Below, piece by piece: positions 46,940 through 58,750 of a stretch of DNA of 64,000 nt. Source of the stretch: Candidatus Nomurabacteria bacterium GW2011_GWE2_34_25. Lineage in GTDB: Bacteria > Patescibacteriota > Minisyncoccia > Phycocordibacterales > UBA9973. Each line of letters begins with the position of its first letter. The stretch's first letter is position 1. The notes beneath the pieces were generated by a model. It saw only the letters and a list, made by a program, of their open reading frames with translations, searched no databases and was not told where the DNA came from. The stretch lies in contig LBPS01000005.1 in NCBI GenBank assembly GCA_000990325.1, forward strand, positions 17,161-81,160. Reading direction: 5' to 3'. Made by a program: the position numbers and the translations under genes.

Positions 46940-47341
46940 GAGATAGTATTTTTTAAATTAATTACTGTAGCATGCTGTACTCGTTTTTCCAATGAATAGC
47001 CTCTTTTTCATAATTGCAAAGAGTAAACATTAATTCTTTATTCTTTTTTCTGGTTGAATCAAGTCTTTTTTTGTGTTTTCGAAGCACGCGATAAAATTTT
47101 ATTTGCTCCATAAAAAATTCATTATTCTGCTTTTTTAATACAGCAATTTCCTTTTTACTCTTTTTCTAATTATCCTTTCCCTAATTAGTAGAGCAGATAA
47201 TACCACAAGAAAAATACCTAGACATAGAATAACAAAAAATGTTCCCATAGTTTTTTGATTTTTAAATTTTTCCTTATAATATAATCAATAAGTGATTTTG
47301 TCAATTGTTATCACTTGCAGAAAGAGGATTATAGTGTTAAT

Positions 47342-48016
47342 ATGGCGTCTATGAATACATTAACCGCAACAAAGCGAAGTAAGACGGAGAAGCTAAGTGT
47401 CATACGAAATAACGGTATGATCCCAGCTGTCGTCTATGGCGCTCAAGTGGAAAACCAGCTCGTTTCCGTTTTGAGTACTGACTTCGTTAAAACATTAAGA
47501 ATCGCAGGTGAGACAAGTACAATAGTACTTGATATCGCTGGCACAACAGAAAAGGAAAAGGCCGTCAAAGTTGATGTTCTTATCCACGAAGTGCAGGTAG
47601 ATCCAGTTAAAGGATTTCCTATACACGTAGATTTCCTTGCTGTTGATATGAACAAACCTGTCGAAGTGGCTATTCCACTTATTTTCATCGGCATTGCCAA
47701 AGCTGAAAAAGATGGTCTAGGTACTCTCGTCAAGGTCTTACACGAAATTGAGATTGAAGCTCTTCCTAAAGACCTTCCTCATAATATTGAGATAGATGTA
47801 ACTATCATTGCTACACTTGAAGACTTGATTCATGTCAAAGACATAAAACTTCCAAAGGGTGTAACTCTAGTAACTGATGGTGAAGAAGTTGTAGCTCTCG
47901 TAGCTGCTGCTAAAGAAGAAAAAGAAGAGGAAGTAGTAGTAGATCTTTCGGCTATTGAAGTAGAAAAGAAGGGTAAGAAAGAAGAGGAAGCTCCAGAGTC
48001 AACAGAAGCAAAATAA
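47342..48016 (+). CDS. rplY: 50S ribosomal protein L25 / general stress protein Ctc form
   Basis: LTATKRSKTEKLSVIRNNGMIPAVVYG is the L25 N-terminus; it has a long acidic C-terminal extension (Ctc type). Confidence 0.85.
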   Translation: MASMNTLTATKRSKTEKLSVIRNNGMIPAVVYGAQVENQLVSVLSTDFVKTLRIAGETSTIVLDIAGTTEKEKAVKVDVLIHEVQVDPVKGFPIHVDFLAVDMNKPVEVAIPLIFIGIAKAEKDGLGTLVKVLHEIEIEALPKDLPHNIEIDVTIIATLEDLIHVKDIKLPKGVTLVTDGEEVVALVAAAKEEKEEEVVVDLSAIEVEKKGKKEEEAPESTEAK

Positions 48017-48081
48017 CATTATTGAATGAACATAAATCACTCTCAACTTTGGTTGAGGGTGATTTATGCTATAATAGAGGA

Positions 48082-49458
48082 ATGAATCGATACATTTTAT
48101 ACCTTTTCTCTTTTTTCTTTATATTTACATCAATTTTTGGAAATTTCATTTATCAAATACCAAAAGTTCATGCTGGCCAGGAGCTTGAAAATGCCCAAGC
48201 CGATAGAGCCAGGCTAGAAAGTGAGCTATCAAACCTGGAAAAGGAAATAGCCGCAAAACAAAAGGAGCTTTCTACACAGAAGGGCCAATCCACCTCTCTT
48301 TCTCGTGATATAGCGATCCTAACAACTCAAATTAAAAAATCCAAATTAGACATTCAAGCCAAGAATCTAATAATCAAAAAACTGGGAGGTGAAATAATTG
48401 AGAAAAGTCAGAAAATTAATACTTTAAATGACAGATTAGACAGCATTAAAGAATCTTTGGCTCAATTAATCCGTAAAAACAGAGAAATAGATGATAAATC
48501 AATACTCGCGTTAATACTTTCAAAAAATAATATCTCCGATGCTTATGGAGACATTGATGCCTTTTCTTCTATAAAAAGAAGCATTGGTAAATCTGTAGAT
48601 GAAATCAGAGGAGTAAAGTCTCTCACTGAAGAAGAAAAAAATCTCCTCGAGCAAAAGAAAAACAAAGAAGTAGATACCAAAGTACAACTAGAAACAGCCA
48701 AAAGAGAAGTTGAGATGAATGAAAAAGATAAACAACAATTATTATCAATTAGTAAAGACAAAGAAAAAGCTTATCAAAAACTTTTAGATGATAAAGCAAG
48801 AAGACGCGCGGAAATACTTTCAATGTTATTTAATCTTCGTGACGTTTCTGCTATTCCTTTTGAAAAAGCTTTGGAATATGCAAAATTAGCTGAAGAAAAA
48901 CTAGGAATTAGGCCTGCATTTCTACTTGCAATACTTACCCAAGAAAGTAATTTGGGTACTGACCAAGGATCTTGTTATGTTACCAACATCGAAACTGGAT
49001 CCGGTATAAGTTCTAAAAGCGGTAAGGCATTTGCAAACGTTATGAAGCCAACCAGAGATGTAAAACCTTTCTTTGATATTACTACGTCTGTCGGAAGAGA
49101 TCCATATAAAACTCTAGTCTCTTGCCCTATAGGAGGTTCTGGGTATGGAGGAGCTATGGGTCCAGCACAATTTATCCCTTCAACATGGCAATTGCTTAAA
49201 TCTCGAATCGCAAATATTCTTGGAATAAAAACCCCTGATCCATGGTATGCAAAGGATGCTTTCATGGCCTCAGCTATTTATCTTACAGATCTAGGCGCCA
49301 AAGGAAGTAGCTATACAAGCGAAAGAAATGCTGCTTGTAGATATTATTCAGGTCGTAAATGTGACAATAAAAAGCCAAATAATAGCTTTTATGGGGACAG
49401 TGTTATGAAGAAAGCAACTAATATTCAAACGAAATACATTGACCCATTGCAAAACTAA
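48082..49458 (+). CDS. secreted coiled-coil protein with C-terminal lytic transglycosylase-like domain
   Basis: Signal peptide MNRYILYLFSFFFIF...; a long coiled coil; C-terminal ILTQESNLG...GAMGPAQFIPSTW, which resembles the SLT/MltB catalytic region. Confidence 0.55.
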   Translation: MNRYILYLFSFFFIFTSIFGNFIYQIPKVHAGQELENAQADRARLESELSNLEKEIAAKQKELSTQKGQSTSLSRDIAILTTQIKKSKLDIQAKNLIIKKLGGEIIEKSQKINTLNDRLDSIKESLAQLIRKNREIDDKSILALILSKNNISDAYGDIDAFSSIKRSIGKSVDEIRGVKSLTEEEKNLLEQKKNKEVDTKVQLETAKREVEMNEKDKQQLLSISKDKEKAYQKLLDDKARRRAEILSMLFNLRDVSAIPFEKALEYAKLAEEKLGIRPAFLLAILTQESNLGTDQGSCYVTNIETGSGISSKSGKAFANVMKPTRDVKPFFDITTSVGRDPYKTLVSCPIGGSGYGGAMGPAQFIPSTWQLLKSRIANILGIKTPDPWYAKDAFMASAIYLTDLGAKGSSYTSERNAACRYYSGRKCDNKKPNNSFYGDSVMKKATNIQTKYIDPLQN

Positions 49459-49484
49459 TAAAAGCGTGATAATATAACAAAATT

Positions 49485-49712
49485 ATGAAGAAAAACATTC
49501 ACCCAAAATATAACAATAAATCAGTAGTCACATGTGCATGTGGAGCTACTTTCCCCGTAGGATCTACCATGGATAGCATTACAGTTGAAATATGCAGTCA
49601 GTGCCACCCTTTCTATACCGGTAATGAAAAGGTTCTCGACACAGCAGGACGTGTAGACCGCTTCAAGAAGCGTGCAGCCGCAGGTGCAAAGGCAACAAAA
49701 ACAAAAAAGTAA
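49485..49712 (+). CDS. rpmE: 50S ribosomal protein L31
   Basis: MKKNIHPKY...CxC...[10 protein letters not shown] matches zinc-ribbon L31. Confidence 0.9.
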   Translation: MKKNIHPKYNNKSVVTCACGATFPVGSTMDSITVEICSQCHPFYTGNEKVLDTAGRVDRFKKRAAAGAKATKTKK

Positions 49713-49721
49713 CTTAAAAAA

Positions 49722-49827
49722 ATCATAAATAGCTCTTCTCAGAGGGTCCGCATAATTTCTTGCTAGAAATTTGCTCATTGCTCAGTCCGTCGACCTCCGC
49801 CGGCCCCTCTGATAAGACTATTTATGA
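49722..49827 (+). ncRNA. conserved structured intergenic element, copy 2 (after rpmE)
   Basis: The same 40-nt core as 10536-10575, plus a conserved CGCCGGCCCCT. Terminal inverted repeats atcataaatag...cagaggg / ccctctg...ctatttatgat are perfect here. Confidence 0.5.
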
Positions 49828-49864
49828 TTTTTTTAATACTCTTTTATTTGATATAATAAAAAAT

Positions 49865-50839
49865 ATGAATTTAGATTTAGAACAACTCAAGAAAGATCAC
49901 AAGACTAGCTATTTCGCTCTAGAATACGAGCGCCTTTTAATTGAAGAAGAAAAAGTAAATGATATGGTAGCTCTTGATGAAAGTCTACGTGACCTTGCAG
50001 AAGAGGAAATCCAAAATATTAAATTTCAAAAGGAAGCAATTGAAAGACAATTAGAAGAAATAATGAAAAGGGATATAGAGGAAGAAGAGTTCCCCAATGA
50101 AATTATCCTTGAAGTTCGCGCTGGAGCTGGAGGGGATGAAGCTTCACTTTTCGCATGGGAGCTTGCTCATATGTACGAAAGATTCTCTGAAGAGAAAAAT
50201 TGGAATTGGAAAATTCTCAATGAATCCTTAAGTAGTGCTGGTGGGTACAAAGAAGCATCGATAGAAGTAAAAGGTAAAGATGTATACAAGCTTCTACGCT
50301 ACGAGACCGGAGTTCATAGAGTACAACGTATTCCTGCCACAGAGAAAAATGGAAGAATACATACTTCGACAGCGTCAGTTGCTGTTCTTCCTTTGAAAAA
50401 GAAAACAACAATAGTCATAAATCCTGCAGATATAGAGATAGAGTACTCACGCTCAGGTGGAGCAGGAGGGCAGAATGTAAACAAAGTAGAGACAGCTGTT
50501 CGTCTTATACATAAGCCGACAGGAGAAGATGTTCGTTGTACTACGGAGAGAACCCAACTTGGCAACAGAGAAAAGGCTATGATGATGCTTACCTCTAAGC
50601 TTCAAATGATTAAAGATGAGGAAGATGCTAAAAAATATTCAGGGGACAGAAAAGCTCAAATAGGTACAAATGATAGAAGTGAGAAGATCCGCACCTACAA
50701 CTTCCCGCAAGATAGAGTCACCGACCACCGCATCAAGCAATCTTGGTCCAATATTCCTGGAATAATGGAGGGGAATATAAGTAGAATCATAGAAGCCCTT
50801 TCAAGTGGACAAGTAGGGGATGCAGAGGAAGAGGAGTAA
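49865..50839 (+). CDS. prfA: peptide chain release factor 1
   Basis: PAT tripeptide motif (PATE) and GGQ ([19 protein letters not shown]). The start is set at the first ATG downstream of the repeat element, so the N-terminal domain is short. Confidence 0.88.
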   Translation: MNLDLEQLKKDHKTSYFALEYERLLIEEEKVNDMVALDESLRDLAEEEIQNIKFQKEAIERQLEEIMKRDIEEEEFPNEIILEVRAGAGGDEASLFAWELAHMYERFSEEKNWNWKILNESLSSAGGYKEASIEVKGKDVYKLLRYETGVHRVQRIPATEKNGRIHTSTASVAVLPLKKKTTIVINPADIEIEYSRSGGAGGQNVNKVETAVRLIHKPTGEDVRCTTERTQLGNREKAMMMLTSKLQMIKDEEDAKKYSGDRKAQIGTNDRSEKIRTYNFPQDRVTDHRIKQSWSNIPGIMEGNISRIIEALSSGQVGDAEEEE

Positions 50840-50993
50840 TTCCTTGCTATATTTTCCTATCTCTGGTATAATTCCACCCAGTAGTTAGCTTATGTTTTGG
50901 TATTAGTTTCATTCTTCGTTGTGCTAAATTCTTTTGGACATTGAGGTATGTAAATGAAATCAGCTTCGCGATTACGAGAATACATTGTCATAT

Positions 50994-51278
50994 ATGGCAA
51001 AAAAGTTGTATGTAGGTGGTCTTCCTTATAAGACTACCAACGATGAGCTAAGTGCTCATTTCAGTGCTGCAGGAGCTGTCGCTTCAGCAACTATTATTAT
51101 GGATAAGATGACAGGTCGCTCAAAAGGCTTTGGTTTCGTTGAAATGGAAAACGATTCAGATGCAGCTACAGCTATCTCAATGTTTGATGGAAAGGACTTC
51201 GAAGGAAGAAACCTTACAGTAAACGAAGCTCGTCCTATGGAAGAGCGTCCACAAAATGGTGGAGGTTTCCGCAGATAA
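50994..51278 (+). CDS. RRM-type RNA-binding protein
   Basis: RNP2 LYVGGL and RNP1 KGFGFVEM, with a Gly-rich tail. Confidence 0.8.
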   Translation: MAKKLYVGGLPYKTTNDELSAHFSAAGAVASATIIMDKMTGRSKGFGFVEMENDSDAATAISMFDGKDFEGRNLTVNEARPMEERPQNGGGFRR

Positions 51279-51295
51279 TTAACATTATCCTGAAT

Positions 51296-51330
51296 AAAAA
51301 TCCCTTACTCGAAAGAGCGAGGGATTTTAG
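51296..51330 (+). terminator. rho-independent terminator
   Basis: aaaaatccc...gggatttt hairpin followed by Ts. Confidence 0.7.
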
Positions 51331-51396
51331 TTTGACATATATCAATAGATGTTGTAAGATAGAAGAAAAATTTCATTCACATAAATATTAAAAGTT

Positions 51397-51915
51397 ATGA
51401 AAAAACAGAAGAAACTTTTGTATGAGTTACCTGAGGTACTTTTTTATCAGTTTTTAAATTATTTGGGAATAAAAGATGTAAAGGCTTTTGTTCTTAAGTA
51501 CAAAAATGGTAGAGAATCAAAAATTGCTTGTCTGTATGCAACTTTACCTCGACATGGAAAATATGAAAATCCGACTCTCGTATTGTTAGATTTGAGAAGT
51601 AGAGTTAATGAAACTCAACTGATCATACTAACTGAACCTCCTGTAATTATAGATGGCGAGGTAAAAAATTTATGTAACTATGCAAACATTTCAGCAAAAC
51701 AAAATGGTAGTAAAGATGAGGTCTTTGATATTACATTAACTGCCAATATGTCATATCTTGGTTCTGCCACAATTGGAGATCCCTTCAACAGATTCTCTTT
51801 TCTTTATATGTTAGAACTATCACAAAAAGCTGATGAACTGTTCCATTCGAAACAATTTGAATGGGTAAGTCAATACAAGAAAGAATTATCAGAAAATTAT
51901 GTATTCTTGTATTAA
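51397..51915 (+). CDS. hypothetical protein
   Basis: 172-aa ORF; I recognise no motif. Confidence 0.3.
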   Translation: MKKQKKLLYELPEVLFYQFLNYLGIKDVKAFVLKYKNGRESKIACLYATLPRHGKYENPTLVLLDLRSRVNETQLIILTEPPVIIDGEVKNLCNYANISAKQNGSKDEVFDITLTANMSYLGSATIGDPFNRFSFLYMLELSQKADELFHSKQFEWVSQYKKELSENYVFLY

Positions 51916-51974
51916 TCCAATAGCAATTAGTTTTAAACCCACAAAAAAGGACCAGATGATTCTGGTTCTTTATT

Positions 51975-51991
51975 TTTGTGCGTGTGCTTGG
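51975..51991. repeat. direct repeat of the tRNA-Ile 3' end (att-like)
   Basis: TTGTGCGTGTGCTTGGA is identical to 52157-52173 and covers the tRNA's 3' acceptor/T-arm. The second copy is 168 bp downstream of the tRNA. Confidence 0.6.
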
Positions 51992-52159
51992 ATCGCGAGT
52001 ACGCTTATCTCGCCCTACGGTAGCGGGTACTTTTCAATCTTCGATAATGAAAAGTCTTCCGATTCTCCTCACGGTTCGATTTACTAATCGCAAGATGCAA
52101 ACAAAGCAGTTTGTTTGCTCACGCGCACTTAAAAATCCCACAAGGGGATTTTTAAATTG

Positions 52160-52231
52160 TGCGTGTGCTTGGAATCGGACCAAGGACCTCTGTCTTATCA
52201 GGACAGCGTTCTACCACTGAACTACACACGC
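52160..52231 (-). tRNA. tRNA-Ile (anticodon GAU)
   Basis: Hand-folded from the reverse complement: acceptor GCGTGTG/CACACGC, D-arm GTTC-AGTGGTA-GAAC, anticodon stem CTGTC/GACAG with loop CTGATAA, T-arm CTTGG-TCCGATT-CCAAG. Confidence 0.85.
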
Positions 52232-52296
52232 AAAATACACAATTCAACTCAATTAAAACTCTTTATATATAAAGACTATACCAATATAGCAAAAAC

Positions 52297-52602
52297 TTGA
52301 AAATATCGCAATTATTTGATATAGTAGGGTCGGCCATAAGCCATTTTCTTTTTATGAATAATGATGACAAAAAGCAGAAAAAGGAATCATTGTTGAATAG
52401 TGAATATTTACAAGTATTTGCAAGGGTTTCGGCTTGGATTATTACGCCAGTTATCTTCAGTTTAATTATTGGCAAATACTTGGATAATAAATTCGATACA
52501 ACACCATGGATTTTATGTGTATCATTGGCCACCACGTTTACACTCTCAATGTTTATGATTATAAAAATTGCCAAGAAATACATGGATAAAGATTTAAAAT
52601 AA
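52297..52602 (+). CDS. AtpI/AtpZ-like small membrane protein preceding atpB
   Basis: 101 aa with two TM helices, located immediately upstream of the F0 a subunit gene. Confidence 0.4.
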   Translation: MKISQLFDIVGSAISHFLFMNNDDKKQKKESLLNSEYLQVFARVSAWIITPVIFSLIIGKYLDNKFDTTPWILCVSLATTFTLSMFMIIKIAKKYMDKDLK

Positions 52603-53531
52603 TGAGCCAAATTAATATAGAAAATCAAATAGGAGAGGCAGAAGCAGTAAACACAGTAGGAACTGGAGCTAGTGAGGAAATATCTCATGAATCCACTTTA
52701 TACGCTGAACCGATAGGACATATCGGTAACTTTACAATCACCAACTCAGTATTTACTACTTGGATAGTTGTTCTAATTGTCCTAGTTGTAACTCTTGCTA
52801 TTAAAATTAAAGCTAAGAAAATTCCAAAGGGAATCCAGAATGGATTTGAAATTATTATAGAGGGAGCAATGAATCTAGCTGATCAGGTCACAGGCAGTAA
52901 GAAGATAACTGCTAAAGTTTTCCCTCTAGCCTTTTCTATTTTCATCTTTGTCCTTATTAGCAACTGGTTAGGAATTTTACCTCTTGGTGGATTTGGGCTA
53001 ATAGAGACTACCGAACACGGAAAAGCATTTATACCATTTATCCGCAGTGGAACAGCTGATATCAATACAACCCTAGCTCTTGGAATCATGTCTGTCATCG
53101 GGGCAAATATCTTTGGTATATTATCTATCGGTGTATGGAAAATGTTCAATAAATATGTTAATGTAAATGCGTTTGGAGAAATGATAAGGAAAGTGAGGAA
53201 GGAGCCAGCGATCCTTATTTCAGCTCCAATCATGTTCTTCGTAGGAGTATTGGAACTTATAGGTGAATTTGCAAAAATAGCTTCACTTTCATTCCGTCTT
53301 TTCGGTAACGTTTTTGCGGGTGAGGTCTTGCTCATGTCTATGAGTGCCATTCTTGCGTATGGATTACCATTACCATTTATGGGGCTTGAGTTATTCGTGG
53401 GATTTATACAGGCATTCATCTTCTCTATATTAACTCTCGTATATTTCACAATTGCCGCTCAAGATCATGATGAACACGAAGAGCACAACGAAAAAGACAA
53501 GTCTACTCATAAAGAGCAAGCCTTGGTGTAG
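52602..53531 (+). CDS. atpB: ATP synthase F0 subunit a
   Basis: SLSFRLFGNVFAGEVLL contains the conserved Arg motif. Confidence 0.9.
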   Translation: MSQINIENQIGEAEAVNTVGTGASEEISHESTLYAEPIGHIGNFTITNSVFTTWIVVLIVLVVTLAIKIKAKKIPKGIQNGFEIIIEGAMNLADQVTGSKKITAKVFPLAFSIFIFVLISNWLGILPLGGFGLIETTEHGKAFIPFIRSGTADINTTLALGIMSVIGANIFGILSIGVWKMFNKYVNVNAFGEMIRKVRKEPAILISAPIMFFVGVLELIGEFAKIASLSFRLFGNVFAGEVLLMSMSAILAYGLPLPFMGLELFVGFIQAFIFSILTLVYFTIAAQDHDEHEEHNEKDKSTHKEQALV

Positions 53532-53575
53532 TAAAGTAAAGGTCAAACATTATTAGTTAATTGTATCTGAGTTAA

Positions 53576-53815
<240 letters not shown>

Positions 53816-53939
53816 TTTACTGTTTACATCTGGTCGTTTGTATCCTTGTCCGTCTGAAGTTCTATCATTCTTTCGGATTAGGATATCTCAAATGACTAGG
53901 AGTAAGAAGTAAAAATTATTAATCATTAATTATAAAATC

Positions 53940-54431
53940 ATGGATTCATTTATATCAACATTTCACATAGATTGGAAAATTCTTATAGCTCAAGCAATAA
54001 ACTTCGGTTTAGTTTTTCTTTTAATTTATTTCTTTGCCTTAAAACCAATAAAGAAAATAATGAAAGAAAGAACTGATAGTATAGAAGGAGGTCTGACGGA
54101 TGCAGTTAAAAATGCAGAATTATTAAAGAAAACGAAAAATGAATATGAGGAGGTCTTGGCAAATGCACGCATAGAAGCCAACACTATCTTCCAAGAAGGG
54201 AAAAAGGAGGCCGAAGACAAGAAAAGGGTAATGATTGAGGATGCAAATAAAGAAATAGGAGAAATGATAGAAAAAGGGAAAAAGTCACTTGAGTCTGAAA
54301 AAACCAAAATGATAGAAGAAGCCAAGAATGAAATAGTATCTCTCGTAGTTAAAGCAACAGAAAAGCTTCTAGAATCCCACAAAGATGCATCCTTCGATGA
54401 GAAAACATTAGAACAAATCAAGAAAATGTAA
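53940..54431 (+). CDS. atpF: ATP synthase F0 subunit b
   Basis: A single N-terminal TM followed by a long charged helix. Confidence 0.85.
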   Translation: MDSFISTFHIDWKILIAQAINFGLVFLLIYFFALKPIKKIMKERTDSIEGGLTDAVKNAELLKKTKNEYEEVLANARIEANTIFQEGKKEAEDKKRVMIEDANKEIGEMIEKGKKSLESEKTKMIEEAKNEIVSLVVKATEKLLESHKDASFDEKTLEQIKKM

Positions 54432-54438
54432 CAATTTT

Positions 54439-54846
54439 ATGGCAAGTATTTCAATTAAAAATCTAGCAAGTGCAATATATGAATCCTCACAAGATAAAGA
54501 AGGAGCGGATCTTGAGTCTGCTATTTTAAAGTGTGCTACATATCTTAAAAACAAGAACTTACTTGGGAAAAAAGAAGAGATATTGAAAGCATTACAAAAA
54601 ATCGTAAATAAGGACAATGGAATAATAAATGCAAAAGTAAGTACTGAAATAGAAATCAAAGTTGGAGCAAAAAAAGAAATAGAAGAATTTATAAAGAAAA
54701 GATATAAAGCAAAAGAAGTAATACTAGAAGAGAAGATTGATCCAAAATTACTAGGCGGAATAAAGATAGAAATAGGGGACGAAATCATAGACGCAACACT
54801 AGCCAACAAAATACACCAATTACAAGATTATTTAATAAAAAACTAA
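54439..54846 (+). CDS. atpH: ATP synthase F1 delta subunit (short)
   Basis: Position between atpF and atpA; OSCP-like C-terminal region. It is 135 aa, shorter than typical. Confidence 0.7.
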   Translation: MASISIKNLASAIYESSQDKEGADLESAILKCATYLKNKNLLGKKEEILKALQKIVNKDNGIINAKVSTEIEIKVGAKKEIEEFIKKRYKAKEVILEEKIDPKLLGGIKIEIGDEIIDATLANKIHQLQDYLIKN

Positions 54847-54847
54847 C

Positions 54848-56350
54848 ATGAGCAAAAATCACATTGTAGAAAATTTAAGAAAGCAGATAGAGAAATTCCA
54901 AGCCGACACTAAGGTTGAAAAGGTAGGGCACGTAGTTGAAATATTTGACGGTATTGCTCGTGTTTCTGGTCTTTCAGACTTGAAAGCATCAGAAATGGTT
55001 AGCTTCGCTAGTGGATCACTCGGTGTTGCTCTTAACCTAGAAGAAGACACTGTGGGTATAATAGTTCTTGGTGACTTCTCAAAAATTCACGAAGGGGAGG
55101 AAGTTAAAGCCACAGGGAATATCCTTTCTGTACCAGTATCTGATCTACAAATCGGCAGAGTATTGAATGCACTAGGAGAACCAATTGATGGTAAAGGAGT
55201 TATAAAGACAGATAAAAGAAATCCTATTGAAAAAGTAGCCCCAGGGGTTATTACACGTCTTTCGGTTGACCAACCAGTTCAGACAGGTATTAAAGCTATT
55301 GATGCACTTATCCCTATCGGCCGTGGTCAACGTGAGCTTATCATTGGTGACCGTCAGACAGGCAAGACCGCTATCGCTATCGACACAATCTTAAACCAAA
55401 AGGGCCAGAACATGATTTGTGTTTATGTCTCTATCGGGCAGAAAGATTCAAAACTTCGTAAACTACAAACAAGACTAGAAGAAGGAGGTGCCATGAACTA
55501 CACAATCATGGTATCAGCAGGAGCATCAGAGCCAGCAGCACTTGCATATATTGCACCTTACACAGGAGTATCTATCGCTGAATACTTTATGGATCAAGGA
55601 AAAGATGTATTAATTATTTATGATGACTTGTCTAAACACGCTGTGGCTTACCGTGAAATTTCACTTCTACTTCGTCGTCCACCAGGCCGTGAAGCTTACC
55701 CAGGGGACGTCTTCTATTTGCACTCACGTCTTCTAGAACGTGCTTGTAGAAGAAACAAAGAATATGGAGGTGGATCTATTACAGCATTACCAATTATCGA
55801 AACTCAGGCTGGAGACGTATCTGCATATATTCCTACAAACGTTATTTCAATAACTGATGGACAGATCTTCCTTGAAACAGATTTGTTCTACAAGGGCATA
55901 AGACCAGCTGTGAACGTTGGACTTTCAGTATCACGTGTAGGAGGAAATGCTCAAATCAAAGCTATGAAAAAAGTAGCTGGTAAAATCAAGCTTGAGCTTG
56001 CTCAGTATCGTGAACTTGAAGCTTTCGCACAATTCGGCTCTGATCTTGATGAAGGAACAAAGCGTCAACTAGAACGTGGTAAAAGAGCAGTGGAAGTACT
56101 AAAGCAACCTCAATACGCACCAGTAGGAACTGTAGACCAAATTGTAACTCTCTATGCTCTTATCAATGGATTCATTGATGAAGTAAAAGTTGAGAAAGTA
56201 AAAGAATTTGAAGCAGGTCTTGCAGAATACGCAAGTAGAAACGCAAAAACTTTCTATAAAGAAGTAAATGAAACAAAAATGTGGACAGATGCCGGTGAAG
56301 CTGAACTTAAAAAAGTAATCGAAGAATTCGTAGTAAGTTTTAATAAATAA
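54848..56350 (+). CDS. atpA: ATP synthase F1 alpha subunit
   Basis: Walker A GDRQTGKT. Confidence 0.97.
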   Translation: MSKNHIVENLRKQIEKFQADTKVEKVGHVVEIFDGIARVSGLSDLKASEMVSFASGSLGVALNLEEDTVGIIVLGDFSKIHEGEEVKATGNILSVPVSDLQIGRVLNALGEPIDGKGVIKTDKRNPIEKVAPGVITRLSVDQPVQTGIKAIDALIPIGRGQRELIIGDRQTGKTAIAIDTILNQKGQNMICVYVSIGQKDSKLRKLQTRLEEGGAMNYTIMVSAGASEPAALAYIAPYTGVSIAEYFMDQGKDVLIIYDDLSKHAVAYREISLLLRRPPGREAYPGDVFYLHSRLLERACRRNKEYGGGSITALPIIETQAGDVSAYIPTNVISITDGQIFLETDLFYKGIRPAVNVGLSVSRVGGNAQIKAMKKVAGKIKLELAQYRELEAFAQFGSDLDEGTKRQLERGKRAVEVLKQPQYAPVGTVDQIVTLYALINGFIDEVKVEKVKEFEAGLAEYASRNAKTFYKEVNETKMWTDAGEAELKKVIEEFVVSFNK

Positions 56351-56352
56351 AT

Positions 56353-57303
56353 ATGGCGGGAACAAAAGAAATAAAACAAAGAATAAAGAGTGTGAAGAAC
56401 ACAAAGAAGATTACAAAAGCGATGGAACTCGTAGCAGCTTCGAAGATGAAGCGTGCTATATTTAAAGCTCTATCTTCTCGTTTATATGCAAATTATTCTT
56501 GGGATTTACTTACGTCTTTATCTGAAAGATTAGATGAGGTGAACAGTCCTTTCTTTGTTGAACAAAAGGTAAATGAAGATTCAAAAACTCTTTTTGTTCT
56601 TATTACCTCTAACGGTGGACTGTGTGGAGCTTATAATTCTCAAATAATAAAGAAAACTGTCTTAGCTCTTAAGGATTCTGCCCAGGTCGGACCTGTGCAA
56701 ATCGATATAATAACAGTTGGAAAGAAGGGGGACAATGCCATGAGAAGAATTGGCCAGAACGTTACCGCTTCATTCTTAGAAATACCAGACAATAGCGCGC
56801 TTTCTGACTTAATACCGATGTCAAAAATGATTATTGACGAATACAAATCGGGTAAATATAATAAAGTTTACATAGCATATACAGACTTTGTTTCAGCTCT
56901 TACGCAAAAACCTCATGTCAAACAAATTCTACCTATTGTAAAAGAAGACTTGAAAGAATTGATAGATGAGTTAGGAGATTCCCCAAAGGCCGGGCCTTTG
57001 GGTACTCCCAAAAGTCCGGTCTTTGGGGAAAATTCGATAAATAAAGTTCCATACATTTTTGAGGGAGATATGAATACAATAGTAGAATCCCTTGCAGAGA
57101 AATTAGTCCGAATGCAGATATACCATATGATACTTGAGTCCAGTGCTAGTGAACAATCCTCTCGTATGATGGCCATGAAGAATGCCTCAGAAGCTGCCGG
57201 AGAAATGATAGACGACCTGACATTAGTATTTAACAAAGCACGTCAGGCAGGTATTACAAGAGAGATATCAGAGATTAGTGCAGGAATGGCGTCAATTAAT
57301 TAA
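56353..57303 (+). CDS. atpG: ATP synthase F1 gamma subunit
   Basis: MAGTKEIKQRIKSVKNTKKITKAMELVAASKMKRA is the canonical gamma N-terminus. Confidence 0.9.
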   Translation: MAGTKEIKQRIKSVKNTKKITKAMELVAASKMKRAIFKALSSRLYANYSWDLLTSLSERLDEVNSPFFVEQKVNEDSKTLFVLITSNGGLCGAYNSQIIKKTVLALKDSAQVGPVQIDIITVGKKGDNAMRRIGQNVTASFLEIPDNSALSDLIPMSKMIIDEYKSGKYNKVYIAYTDFVSALTQKPHVKQILPIVKEDLKELIDELGDSPKAGPLGTPKSPVFGENSINKVPYIFEGDMNTIVESLAEKLVRMQIYHMILESSASEQSSRMMAMKNASEAAGEMIDDLTLVFNKARQAGITREISEISAGMASIN

Positions 57304-57355
57304 GAATTAAAAATCAGGAATTAAGAATTTATTATCAATATTATTAGAAAGCTAG

Positions 57356-58723
<1,368 letters not shown>

Positions 58724-58750
58724 TTAATAATTACTAATTACCAATTACTA

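Noticed and set aside
49760-49864. N-terminal 35-aa extension of the prfA ORF in the track
   Set aside because: It is encoded by the conserved structured repeat element that also occurs non-coding after dnaK. The first ATG at 49865 is preferred, although the true start remains uncertain.
51899-52220. Plus-strand ORFs of 62 aa and 80 aa across the tRNA-Ile region
   Set aside because: They overlap the minus-strand tRNA-Ile and its duplicated 3' end. The reading frames are artefacts of GC-rich tRNA sequence.
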